Below, in pieces: positions 24,010 to 33,075 of a stretch of 64,000 nt of DNA (position 1 is its first letter; the number at the start of each line of letters is the position of its first letter). Source of the stretch: Centroscyllium fabricii. Its lineage: Eukaryota. The stretch spans positions 603,198,001 through 603,262,000 of the forward strand of contig JBNRSN020000001.1 in NCBI GenBank assembly GCA_051313645.2. The letters run 5' to 3'. The notes beneath the pieces were generated by a model. The model did no database searches and had not been told where the DNA came from. It saw only the letters and a program-made list of their open reading frames with translations. A program made the position numbers and the translations under genes.

Positions 24010-24849
24010 TTAGACTGGGTATTATGTAATGAAAAAGGATTAATTAGCAATCTTGTTGTACGAGGCCCCTTGGGTCAGAGCGATCATATGATAGAATTAT
24101 TCATTAGGATGGAGAGTGAAGGAGTTGACTCAGAGACGAGGGTCCTGAATTTAAATAAAGGAAACTACGATGGTATAAGGCACGAATTGCGTAGGATTGA
24201 TTGGGGAATGTCACTCAAAGGGTTGACGGTGGATAGGCAATGGCAAACTTTCAAAGATCGCATGGATGAACTACAGAATTTGTTCATCCCAGTTTGGCAT
24301 AAGAATAAAACAAAAAGGGTGACTCAACCGTGGCTAACAAGGGAAATTAGGGATAGCATAAGATCCAAGGAGAGGGAATAAAAATTGGCCAGAAAAAGCA
24401 GTAACATGGAGGATTGGGAGCAGTTTAGGATTCAACAAAGGAGTGAGAATTATTCACACAGTTTTCTTACATTTTTCCTTCAACTCTTAATTTTCTCATC
24501 CTCTTTCACCACTCAGGACTACAGTTACAATCTATCCCAGAGCTTGATTACCTGCTTGTATAAATTGGTTATTGATCCTGTGCTTCTGTAGGTATGATCC
24601 AAGTGTCAGCTGCACTGTTCAACCAGCAATGAACTCACAATCAGTATATTTAGAAAATGCTCTCCTTAATTAGTGATTTTTTAAATTAAAATATTTTATG
24701 CAACAACAATAACGTTTCTAAAATGCAGCCAAACCTAATTTATAATTGTGAATGAGCTGGAAGATCTTTTATATCTGCGACAACCCTCTTCCCCTTGCCT
24801 TCCAAGCCAAACAACCCCTAAGGTTCGCCCTGCCCTAGCCTGGTTTCTT

Positions 24850-25090
24850 TCCTAACTCCCCTCAAGCCCTCTTCAAGCTCATCTTGTCCATGAGACCTAC
24901 CTCCTTCTCTCTTGACCCTACTCCATTAAACTGCTGACCTTCTTGGCCCCATGTTAGCTGACATTGTAAATGGTTCCCTCTCCTCAATTACTGTCCCACT
25001 CCCTTTCAAAACTGCTGCCATCAACAACCTCCTCAAAAAAAACCTCTGACTCCTATGTTCTATGAAAACTACCACCTCATCTCCAACCTC
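24850..25090 (+). mobile_element. Old L2-like LINE RT-proximal fragment
   Basis: Degenerate sequence resembling L2 ORF2 (cttgaccctactcc...gctgacattgtaaatggttccctctcctc...tttcaaaactgctg...aactaccacctcatctccaacctc, i.e. LDP...IVN.SLSS...FKTA...NY.PISNL). Confidence 0.6.
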
Positions 25091-25330
25091 CAAAGATGTG
25101 CGGGTTAGGTTGATTGGCCATGATAAATTGACCCTTAGCGTTAGGGGGATTGAATATGTGGGGTTACGGGGATAGGGTGGGATGTGTGTCGGTGTAGGCT
25201 CGATGGGGATCGAGGGATATGGGGGGAGGGCAGGGGCGGGGTACTGGGTTTGGATGATCAGCCATGATCTCATTGAATGGCGGAGCAGGCTCGAAGGGCC
25301 GAATGGCCTACTCCTGCTCCTATCTTCTAT
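25089..25330 (+). mobile_element. 5'-truncated HE1-type V-SINE (3' half)
   Basis: tccaaagatgtgcgggttaggttgattggcc... to tail ctcctatcttctat; matches the other V-SINE copies. Confidence 0.85.
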
Positions 25331-26474
25331 GAGAAAAGGATTAATTAAGAAGGGGAAAATAGAATATGAAAGTAAGCTTGCAGGGAACATAAAAACTGAC
25401 TGTAAGCGTTTTTATAGATATGTGAAGAGAAAATGATTAGTGAAATCAAGTGTAGGTCATTTGCAGTCAGAAGCTGGGAAAGTTATAATGTGGAACAATG
25501 AAATGGCAGACCAATTAAATGCATATTTTGGTTATGTCTTCAAAAAAGAGGACACAAATAACCTCCCAGAGATGTTGGAGAACATAGGGTCTGATGAAAG
25601 GGAGGAACTGAAAGAAATCAGTATTTTTAGGGAAATGGTGTTAGGGAAATTGAAGCGATTAAAGGCCGATAAATCCTCAGGGTCTGATAATCTACATCCT
25701 AGGGTACTTAAGGAAGTGGCCCTAGAAATAGTAGATGCATTACTGATCATCTTTCAACATTCGCTGGAATCTGGAACTGTATCCATGGATTGGAAGGTAG
25801 CTCATGTTACCCCACTATTCAAAAAGGGTGGTAGAGAGAAAGCGGGGAATTACAGCCTGACATCGGCAGTGGGGAAAATGCTAGAGTCCATTATAAAGGA
25901 CATAATAGCTGAGCACTTGGAAAACAGACAAAGTCAACATGGATTTACAAAAGGTAAATCGTGCTTGACTAATCTACTGGAGTTTTGTGAGGATGTAACT
26001 GGGAAAATAGATAAGGGAGAACCAGTAGATGTGGTGTAATTGGTCTTTGAAAAGGCTTTTAATAAGGTCCCGCATAAGAGATTAGCGTGTAAAGTTAAGG
26101 CACATGGGTTTGGGGGCAAGGTATTGACTTGGATAGAGAACTGGGTGGCAGATAGAAAGCAGAGAGTAGGAATTCATGGGTCTTTTTCCGAGTGGCAGGC
26201 AGTGACTAGTGGGGTACCGCAGGGATCGGTCCTTGGACCCCAGCTATTCACAATATACATTAATGATCTGGATAAGGGAACTAGATGTAATATCTCCAAG
26301 TTTGCAGATGACACAAAGCTGGGTGGGCGTGTGTGCTGCGAGGAGGATGCCGAGAAACTCCAGGATGATTTGGACATGTTGGGTGATTGGGCAGAAGCGT
26401 GGCAGATGCAATATAACGTGGATAAATGCGAGGTTATCCACTTTGGTGTCAAAAACAGAAAGGCAGACTATTAT

Positions 26475-26879
26475 GGGCGGCACGGTGGCATAGTGGTTAG
26501 CACTGTTGCCTTACAGCACTAGAGACCCGGGTTCAAATCCAGCCTCGGGTACTATCTGTGTGGAGTTTGCACATTCTCCCCGTGTCTGCGTGGGTTTCCT
26601 CCGGGTGCTCCGGTTTCCTCCCACAGTCCAAAGATGTGCGGGTTAGGTTGATTGGCCAGGATAAATTGACCCTTAGTGTTAGGGGGATTGAATATGTGGG
26701 GTTACAGGGATAGGGTGGGATATGTGTCGGTGCAGACTCGATAGGGATCGAGGGATATGGGGACAGGGCAGGGACGGGGTGCTGGGTTTGGATGATCAGC
26801 CATGATCTCATTGAATGGTGGAGCAGGCTCAAAGGGCCGAATGGCCTACTCCTGCTCCTATCTTCTGTGTTTCTGTGTT
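26475..26879 (+). mobile_element. Full-length HE1-type V-SINE (left arm of inverted pair)
   Basis: gggcggcacggtggcatagtggttagc (A box)...gggttcaaatcc (B box), V-domain, CR1-like tail. Confidence 0.92.
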
Positions 26880-26974
26880 TCAAGAGCTTTCTTGACAGAT
26901 CGTGAATGCCGGTTTCCACCGCATGCGCTGTGCACGCCTAAAACCGCCATTTCTGTTGACCCGACGGGTGTGTT

Positions 26975-27233
26975 CATGGCAAGAACATCCTTCCTCAGAT
27001 AAGGCAACCAGAACTGCACACAGTACTCAAGGTGTGGTCTCACCAAGGCCCTGTACAACTGCAGCAGGACATCCTTGCTCCTGTACTCAAACCCTTTCGC
27101 TATGAAGACCAACATACCATTTGTCTTCTTCACCGCCTGCTGCACCTGCATACTTACCTTCAACGACTGGTGCACAAGAACACCCAGGTCTCGTTGCACT
27201 TCCCCGTCTCCCAATCTATTTCCATTCAGATAA
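26975..27233 (-). mobile_element. Inverted continuation of the CR1 that ends at 26474
   Basis: Minus strand reads YLNGNRLGDGEVQRDLGVLV...YLRKDVLAM, which is what follows ADYY in the related CR1 at 12300-12570. Confidence 0.88.
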
Positions 27234-27639
27234 AAACATAGAAACATAGAAGATAGGAGCAGGAGTAGGCCATTCGGCCCTTCGAGCCTGCTCCGCCATT
27301 CAATGAGATTATGGCTGATCATCCAAACTCAGTACCCTGTCCCTGCCTTTTCCCCATATCCCTCGATCCCTATCGAGCCTGCACTGACACACATCCCACC
27401 CTATCCCCGTAACCCCACATATTCAATCACCCTAACACTAAGGGTTAATTTATCATGGCCAATCAACCTAACCCGCACATCTTTGGACTGTGGGAGGAAA
27501 CCGGAGCACCCGGAGGAAACCCACGCAGACACGAGGAGAATGTGAAAACTCCACACAGATAGTACCCGAGGCTGGATTTGAACCCGGGTCTCTAGTGCTG
27601 TAAGGCAACAGTGCTAACCACTATGCCACCGTGCCGCCC
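27234..27639 (-). mobile_element. Full-length HE1-type V-SINE (right arm of inverted pair)
   Basis: Near-identical reverse complement of 26475-26879. Confidence 0.92.
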
Positions 27640-28114
27640 TGACAAATCCTCCACCTGCCCGGGAGCAGGGTCTCTGTGGGTGGTGAGTTCTGTTTTTTGG
27701 AGACCCTCCACCTGCAGAAAACACTTCCAATTCTTGCGCCTGGTAAAAGCAGGCATAAGGCCTGCTTTTACCAGGATAAGATTTGAAAAATATTTTAATT
27801 TAAAGTCATTTTAAAAAGTGATTTATAAAAAAATGTTTTCCTATGTTTTGGGGGTGATCTCTATTCATATATTTGACAGGTCTTCCTGTCAAATGTATGA
27901 AGGGAGATTCCCTTCTCTGATTGGCTCCCCATGATCCCAGGGATGCTGCGAACGGCCTGCGCCTCTGGGATACGCGGGCCCTGCACACCGGCAGTTTGAA
28001 GAGACCCAGCAACAGAACTCTGTGCCTCCCGGGAGCCCGCCTGTCTTGGCGTAGATCTTTTCGGATTGCAGCCCTCCGCCCGTAGGAGGCCTGCGATCGG
28101 AATTCCTGGGCCAT
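27640..28114. mobile_element. Unclassified hairpin-rich repeat (MITE-like remnant); a piece of it lies inverted at 26880-26974
   Basis: Perfect 16-bp stem at 27739-27775 and a 16/17-bp stem at 27864-27901. No second terminus found. Confidence 0.45.
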
Positions 28115-28254
28115 AATTTATTTACACAGGGGGGTGGTGACTGTGCGGAACGGACTACCCAGGAAGACAGATGGGGAAGATAAGTATTTGAGGGAGTGCC
28201 CGATTGAAGGTATTATGTACAGGACCGGATAGACATGAAAAAGGACAGGAAATA

Positions 28255-28452
28255 CCAAACAGGGAAAATATTGCGGATGCTTGAAATCTGAAAATAAAAC
28301 ACTCAGTGGATCAGGCAGCATTTGTGGAGAGAGAAAATAGGTTAAGGATCCTTACTGAAGGTCAGAATTCTGAAACGTTAACCTTTTTTATTCCTTTCTC
28401 CACAGATACTGCCTGACCTGCTGAGTGTCTACCAGCATTTTCTGTTTGTATA
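28255..28452. mobile_element. Penelope-like element terminal remnant with inverted arrangement
   Basis: atcaggcagcatttgtggagagagaaa...ggttaa is inverted relative to ttaacc...tttctccacagatactgcctgacctgctgag; degenerate hammerhead-like ctgaagg...gaaacgtt between them. Confidence 0.55.
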
Positions 28453-28659
28453 GCAGGGAAAGAACAACTGGTCCATCCAGCCAGTTACCTCCAGACATGA
28501 AGCAACCCCTCCTCCCTCCACAACCAACCCAATCTCCTGGGAGGGAGAAGCAAAAGACAAAGAGAGAAAGAATCTTAGGCCAATTTAGGGGACAAAATGA
28601 CTGACAAATCCATTTTGTTTGTGCTCACAATGACCAGCAACAGAATCCATGGGTGTTCA

Positions 28660-29305
28660 CAGGTTTAGAACAAACTAGAAAACTTGGGTCTTTTTTTTCA
28701 GAACGTAGATTAAATGGTGTAATATAAGTGCTTAAAATTGAGAAAGGGTCGACAGGAGCAGACTGTTTCCAGTAGAATCATAGAATCTTACAGCACAGAA
28801 GGAGGCCATTTGGTCCAGCGTGCCTGTGCCGGCTCTTTGAAAGAGCTCTCCAATTAGTCCCACTCTCCCGCTCTTTCCCCATAGCACTGTAATTTTCTCC
28901 CCTTCAAGTATTTATCCAATTCCCTTTTGGAAGTTACTATTGAATCTGCTTCCATCATCTTTTCAGGCAGTGCATTCCAGCTCATGATAAGTAGTTACTG
29001 GGGTTAAGAACAAGGGATCACAGATAAATGATTAAATGTAAGAGATTTATAACAGAGGACAGGAGAAATGTCTTCACACAGAGAGTAGTGAGGCTGCGGA
29101 ATTAACTCCTAGGGTTAGTGGTTGTGGCAGAAGCGATGTCAACATTGAAGATTAGATTGGATAGGTGGATGAAGGGAAAGGAGTTAAAGGGATATGGGAA
29201 CAGGGTGTAAAACAGTAATTAGAACTATTTGCTCACGTGGAGGGAAAACACCGACACGGACTGGTTGGGCCGAATGGCCTGTTTCCGTGTTACAATTTCT
29301 ATATG
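28660..29305 (+). mobile_element. Old CR1 3' fragment with a nested minus-strand CR1 tail (~28774-28990)
   Basis: ttcacacagagagtagtgagg...gggatatggg...gggccgaatggcctgtttcc tail on +; agaatcatagaatcttacagcacagaaggaggccatt tail on -. Confidence 0.65.
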
Positions 29306-29450
29306 TGTTGTGCGAATTTGACACTCTTTTACTATGTTGCAATGTTTCGCCATAGAAACGAAGCCCTGGAAAATGTTATGGCCCCAATTTTAGGGTCTCA
29401 GTTGGGCAGAATGTTTCCGCGTTCTAACTTCTATGTAATTCTACATATAC

Positions 29451-29707
29451 CTCTTTTGCAGTGGAAGGAACTCTCCTCGGACAGCCTGGGGGTGACAGCA
29501 CGCCTGCCTTAATCTCAGCAAGGGATACAGAATGGAACCAACTGTCCGCCTCTCCAGACTGCTCAACTTGATGCTCCAATCGGAAATCTTCCTCAGCTTC
29601 TGCAGTGCATCTTGGGAGCAAATCTCATGCTGCCGATGGTAGAAGTGCCTTTCCACCGGTGAAAACCGCAGCCAGTGAACTTCCTCAGTCTGAGGGGGGA
29701 TCTGGAT
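29451..29707 (-). CDS. SHPRH: SHPRH internal coding exon (257 bp; IQIPPQTEEVHWLRFSPVERHFY...LRQACCHPQAVRGEFLPLQK)
   Basis: Translation closely matches vertebrate SHPRH as I recall it (human IQIPPQTEEIHWLHFSPVERHFYHRQHE...LLRLRQACCHPQAVRGEFLPLQK). Acceptor ccttttctcccag|ATC at 29708/29707 and donor AG|gtatat at 29451/29450. Ends in phase 2, matching the next exon. Confidence 0.95.
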
Positions 29708-29944
29708 CTGGGAGAAAAGGAGCGCACAGGTGAGGATTAGAAGAAACAGATGCATGGTTCGTCCAAAACCAAACGGAACACTTGAACAAAAACTGCAACG
29801 ACTCTGCTGTGAAATCTAGAGGTGACAACCCTCTGTAAATATAGCAGGAGAAAGTGGTAAAGGATTAGTCATCCCCACTTCTAGTATTCCTACCCGCTCC
29901 CAAAATGCTGGAAATGATGGTGAAAGGTTGAATAAACAATGTAA

Positions 29945-30282
29945 AATGTTTCAAGGCGCTTCACAGGAGCATTATCAGACAAAATTTAATGCAGCTACAG
30001 GAGATATTAGGACAAATGACCAAAAGCTTGGTCAAAGAGGCAGGTTTTAGACAGGATGTCTTAAAGAAGGAGAGAGGTGTAGAGAGGCAAAGAGGATAAG
30101 GGAGGGAATTCCTAGATGGCTGAAGACACAGCCACCAAAGGTGGGGGTGCACAAGAGGTCAGAATTGGAGGAGCACCGAGATAGTGGAGGGTTGTCGGGC
30201 TGGAGGAGGTTTCAGAGCGAGGGATGGGCAAGCGCCATGGAGGCATTTGAACACAAGGATGAGAATTTTAAAATCAAGGCAT
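29945..30282 (-). mobile_element. L2-like LINE 3' end fragment
   Basis: Minus strand encodes LDFKILILVFKCLHG and ends ...tttgaccaagcttttggtca...ctcctgtgaagcgccttgaaacattt, resembling L2 C-terminus and tail. Confidence 0.65.
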
Positions 30283-30881
30283 TGGTGTCCGCTGACTGTG
30301 ATTCTAACTCCAAACGATTGGGCCTTAATATTTTGTCCATCGCTGAAAATTTTTGGCAATAAAATTGATACACAATCAATTACTGCGAGTCTTAGGAGAA
30401 AAGTAACTGAGGCTTTTATTGGCAAAGAACTGGAGTACAGGTCTAGGCGATAGCTGGTCCTGGATGTGCGGGTTAGGCTAATTGGCCATGATAAATTGAC
30501 CCTTAGTGTTAGGGGGATTGAATATGTGGGGTTACGGGGATAGGGTGGGATATGTGTCGGTGCAGGCTCGAGAGGGATATGGGGAGAAGGCAGGGGCGGG
30601 GTACTGGGTTTGGATGATCAGCCATGATCTCATTGAATGGCAGAGCAGGCTCGAAGGGCCGAATGGCCTACTCCTGCTCCTATCTTCTATGGAATGCCAT
30701 GCGGTCAACATGGCTGCCACCTTTATACCCGAGTATGTGGGTGGAGCCAGGAGGAGGGTCCAGCTGAGGCATCCCAAGTAGACAAGAGGTGAGCATGTAC
30801 TATGCAGTGAACTATGTACAATACAGAGGATAACTATATACAGTACAGATTGGTGGTAAACAATAATAACGGTTTACCACA
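30283..30881 (-). mobile_element. Truncated Gypsy-like LTR retrotransposon: 5' LTR (30881-30366) plus start of gag
   Basis: Minus strand TGTGGTAAAC...TATAAA...AATAAA...TGTATCA, then ATG at 30340 encoding MDKILRPNRLELESQSADT, which resembles some Gypsy gag N-termini. Cut off at the L2 fragment. Confidence 0.55.
30465..30690 (+). mobile_element. 5'-truncated HE1-type V-SINE inserted in the LTR
   Basis: V-SINE 3' half with tail; candidate TSD GGA at 30462-30464 and 30691-30693. Confidence 0.82.
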
Positions 30882-31596
30882 CTATGAAACTTATTAAGGG
30901 CTATTTAATGGTCAACGATGAATAACCGGTGAATGTTCTACAGCCACAGACACACACTGAAGGCTAGAGGGTATTTTTTGTTTACATAAGTTCAGAGCTG
31001 GCATAAATGAAGATTATGAACACATAGCGGCAGGAGATCAGTGACTAGTCCCAGAGTCTTCTGGTGATGAGTATTAGCTGTTGCTGGCCATATTGTGGTG
31101 GTGGAGGAAAGTGCGTCTAGAAAGACAGTGTAGGCTATTGAGCCAAACCAGTAGTTACCCCTGGCAGTAACCCTGCTACAACAAGCATTGAGCAATATAT
31201 TAGGAGGATATAAGCCCCCTAAACCCATAGAAGCTCTTCTCTCTGGTGTCCTAATTCTCCTGGCGGCACATCCAACTGCATTTTGAACGTTCCTTTGTCT
31301 CGATTAGTCTTGGCACATCTGTAGAGGTACAGGGTAGATTTTCCGATTGGGTGTCAGGTGGATGGTGCCTTTCACATCCTCAGAATATCCCAATGAATTA
31401 TTTTGAAGTCATTGTCATGTAGACAAACACATTTGCAGAGGCAAGATCTGACAAACAGCGATAACATGAAAGCCCAGTGATTCTACTTTTGATGCAGTAC
31501 ATCACTGGTGACACTGGTCTGCGTACAGAGATGACTGGTGACACCGAACCCAAGGGAATATCTAAAGCAAACCCAAAATTTGTAGCAGTGACGTGT

Positions 31597-32853
31597 AAAC
31601 ATAGAAGATAGGAGCAGGAGTAGGCCATTCGGCCCTTCGAGCCTGCTACGCCATTCAATTAGATCATGACTGATATTTCAGATTCGGTACCCTGTCCCTG
31701 TCTTCTCCCCATATCCCTTGATCCCTTCAGCCTGAAGAAATATATCCAACTCCTTCTTGAATATATTTAATGAACCGACCTCCACCGCCCTCTGGCAGAA
31801 ATTTCCACAGGTTCACCACTCTCTGGGTGAAGAAATTCCCCCTCATCTCAGTCCTAAATGGCTTTCCCCTTATCATTAGACTATGGCCCCTGGTTCTGGA
31901 CTTCTTTCATCGGAAACATCCTTTCTGCATCCAGTCTGTCCAGGCCTGACAGAATTTTATAGGTTTCGATGAGATCCCCTCTCAATCGTCTGAACTCCAG
32001 TGAGTATAAGCCCAATCGACTCAATCTCTCCCCATATGTCATTCCTGCCATCCCAGGTATCAGCCTGGTGAATCATCACTCCTTCAATGGCAAGAACGTC
32101 CTTCCTCAGATGAGGCGACCAAAACTGCACACAATACTCGAGGTGTGGTCTCACCAAGGTCCTGTAGAGCTGCAGCAAGACATCCTTGTTCTTCTATTCG
32201 AACCCTCTTGCTACGAAGGCCAACATACCATTTGCCTTCTTAACCACCTGTTGCACCTGCATGCTTACCTTCAGTGACTGGTGCACAAGAACACCCAGGT
32301 CTCTTTGCACTTCCCATCTCCCAATCTATTGCCATTCAAATAATAATCTGCCCTCCTGTTTTTGCCACCAAAGTGTATAACCTCACATTTATCCACATTG
32401 TAGTGCATTTGCCATGTATCTGCCCAATCCCCCAACCTGTCCAAATCGCATTGGAGTTTCTCGACATCCTTCTCACAGCATACCCTCCCACCCAGCTTTG
32501 AGTCGTCTGCAAATTTGGAGATATTACATCCAATTCCCTTGTCCAGATCATTAATATATATTGTGAACAGCTGGGGTCCTAGGACCAATCCTTGCGGTAC
32601 CCCACTAGTCACTGCCTGCCACTTGGAAAACGACCCGTTTATTCCAACTCTCTGTTTTCTATCTGCCAACCAGTTCTCTATCCAAGTCAATACCTTGCCC
32701 CCAATCCCATGAGCCTTAATTTTGCATGCTAATCTCTTATGAGGGACCTTATCGAAAGCTTTCTGAAAGTCCAAATACACCACATCCACTGGTTCTCCCC
32801 TGTCTATTTTACCAGTTACATCCTCAAAGAATTCCAGTAGATTAGTCAAGCAT
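31597..32853 (-). mobile_element. 5'-truncated CR1 (HER1-like) LINE
   Basis: CLTNLLEFFED...YLDFQKAFDKV...FADDSKLGG...LVRPHLEYC on the minus strand; tail near 31597. Confidence 0.9.
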
Positions 32854-32859
32854 GGTGGA

Positions 32860-33075
32860 GAGCAATTTGAGTCAACGTTTCGGGTCTTTCCTGGTTCCTT
32901 TCCCCCTCCCTCCCCGCCCTCCTGCTTGTGTTTCATTCCCCAACTTCAGTTTTGATAAAGGGTCTGAACCCGAAACGTCGACTCTATTTCTCTCTGCCGA
33001 TGCTGCCTGGCCTGATGAGTTTTTCCTGCATTTTCTGTTGTTATTTCGGATTTCCAGCATCTGCAGTATTTCGTT
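32860..33075 (+). mobile_element. Penelope-like element terminal remnant with degenerate minimal hammerhead-ribozyme-like motif
   Basis: ttgataaagggtctgaacccgaaacgtcgactc (~32951-32985) followed by gatgctgcctggcctgatgag...ttccagcatctgcagt; inverted partial copy gagtcaacgtttcgggt at ~32868-32885. Confidence 0.6.

Larger units (their letters stand above)
23095..26474 (+). mobile_element. Degenerate CR1 LINE ORF2 (EN to RT), interrupted by a MITE and a composite insert; continues inverted at 26975-27233
   Basis: YPP...MGDFN, QSDH, QPWLTREI, QHGFTKGKSCLTNL, FADDTKLGG, ending at ADYY next to a SINE. Confidence 0.88.

Noticed and set aside
26475-26550. tRNA gene-like sequence (also at 35971, 41643, 13726, 27639, 1650)
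   Set aside because: These are tRNA-derived SINE heads continuing into V or Deu domains and LINE-like tails, not free-standing tRNA genes.
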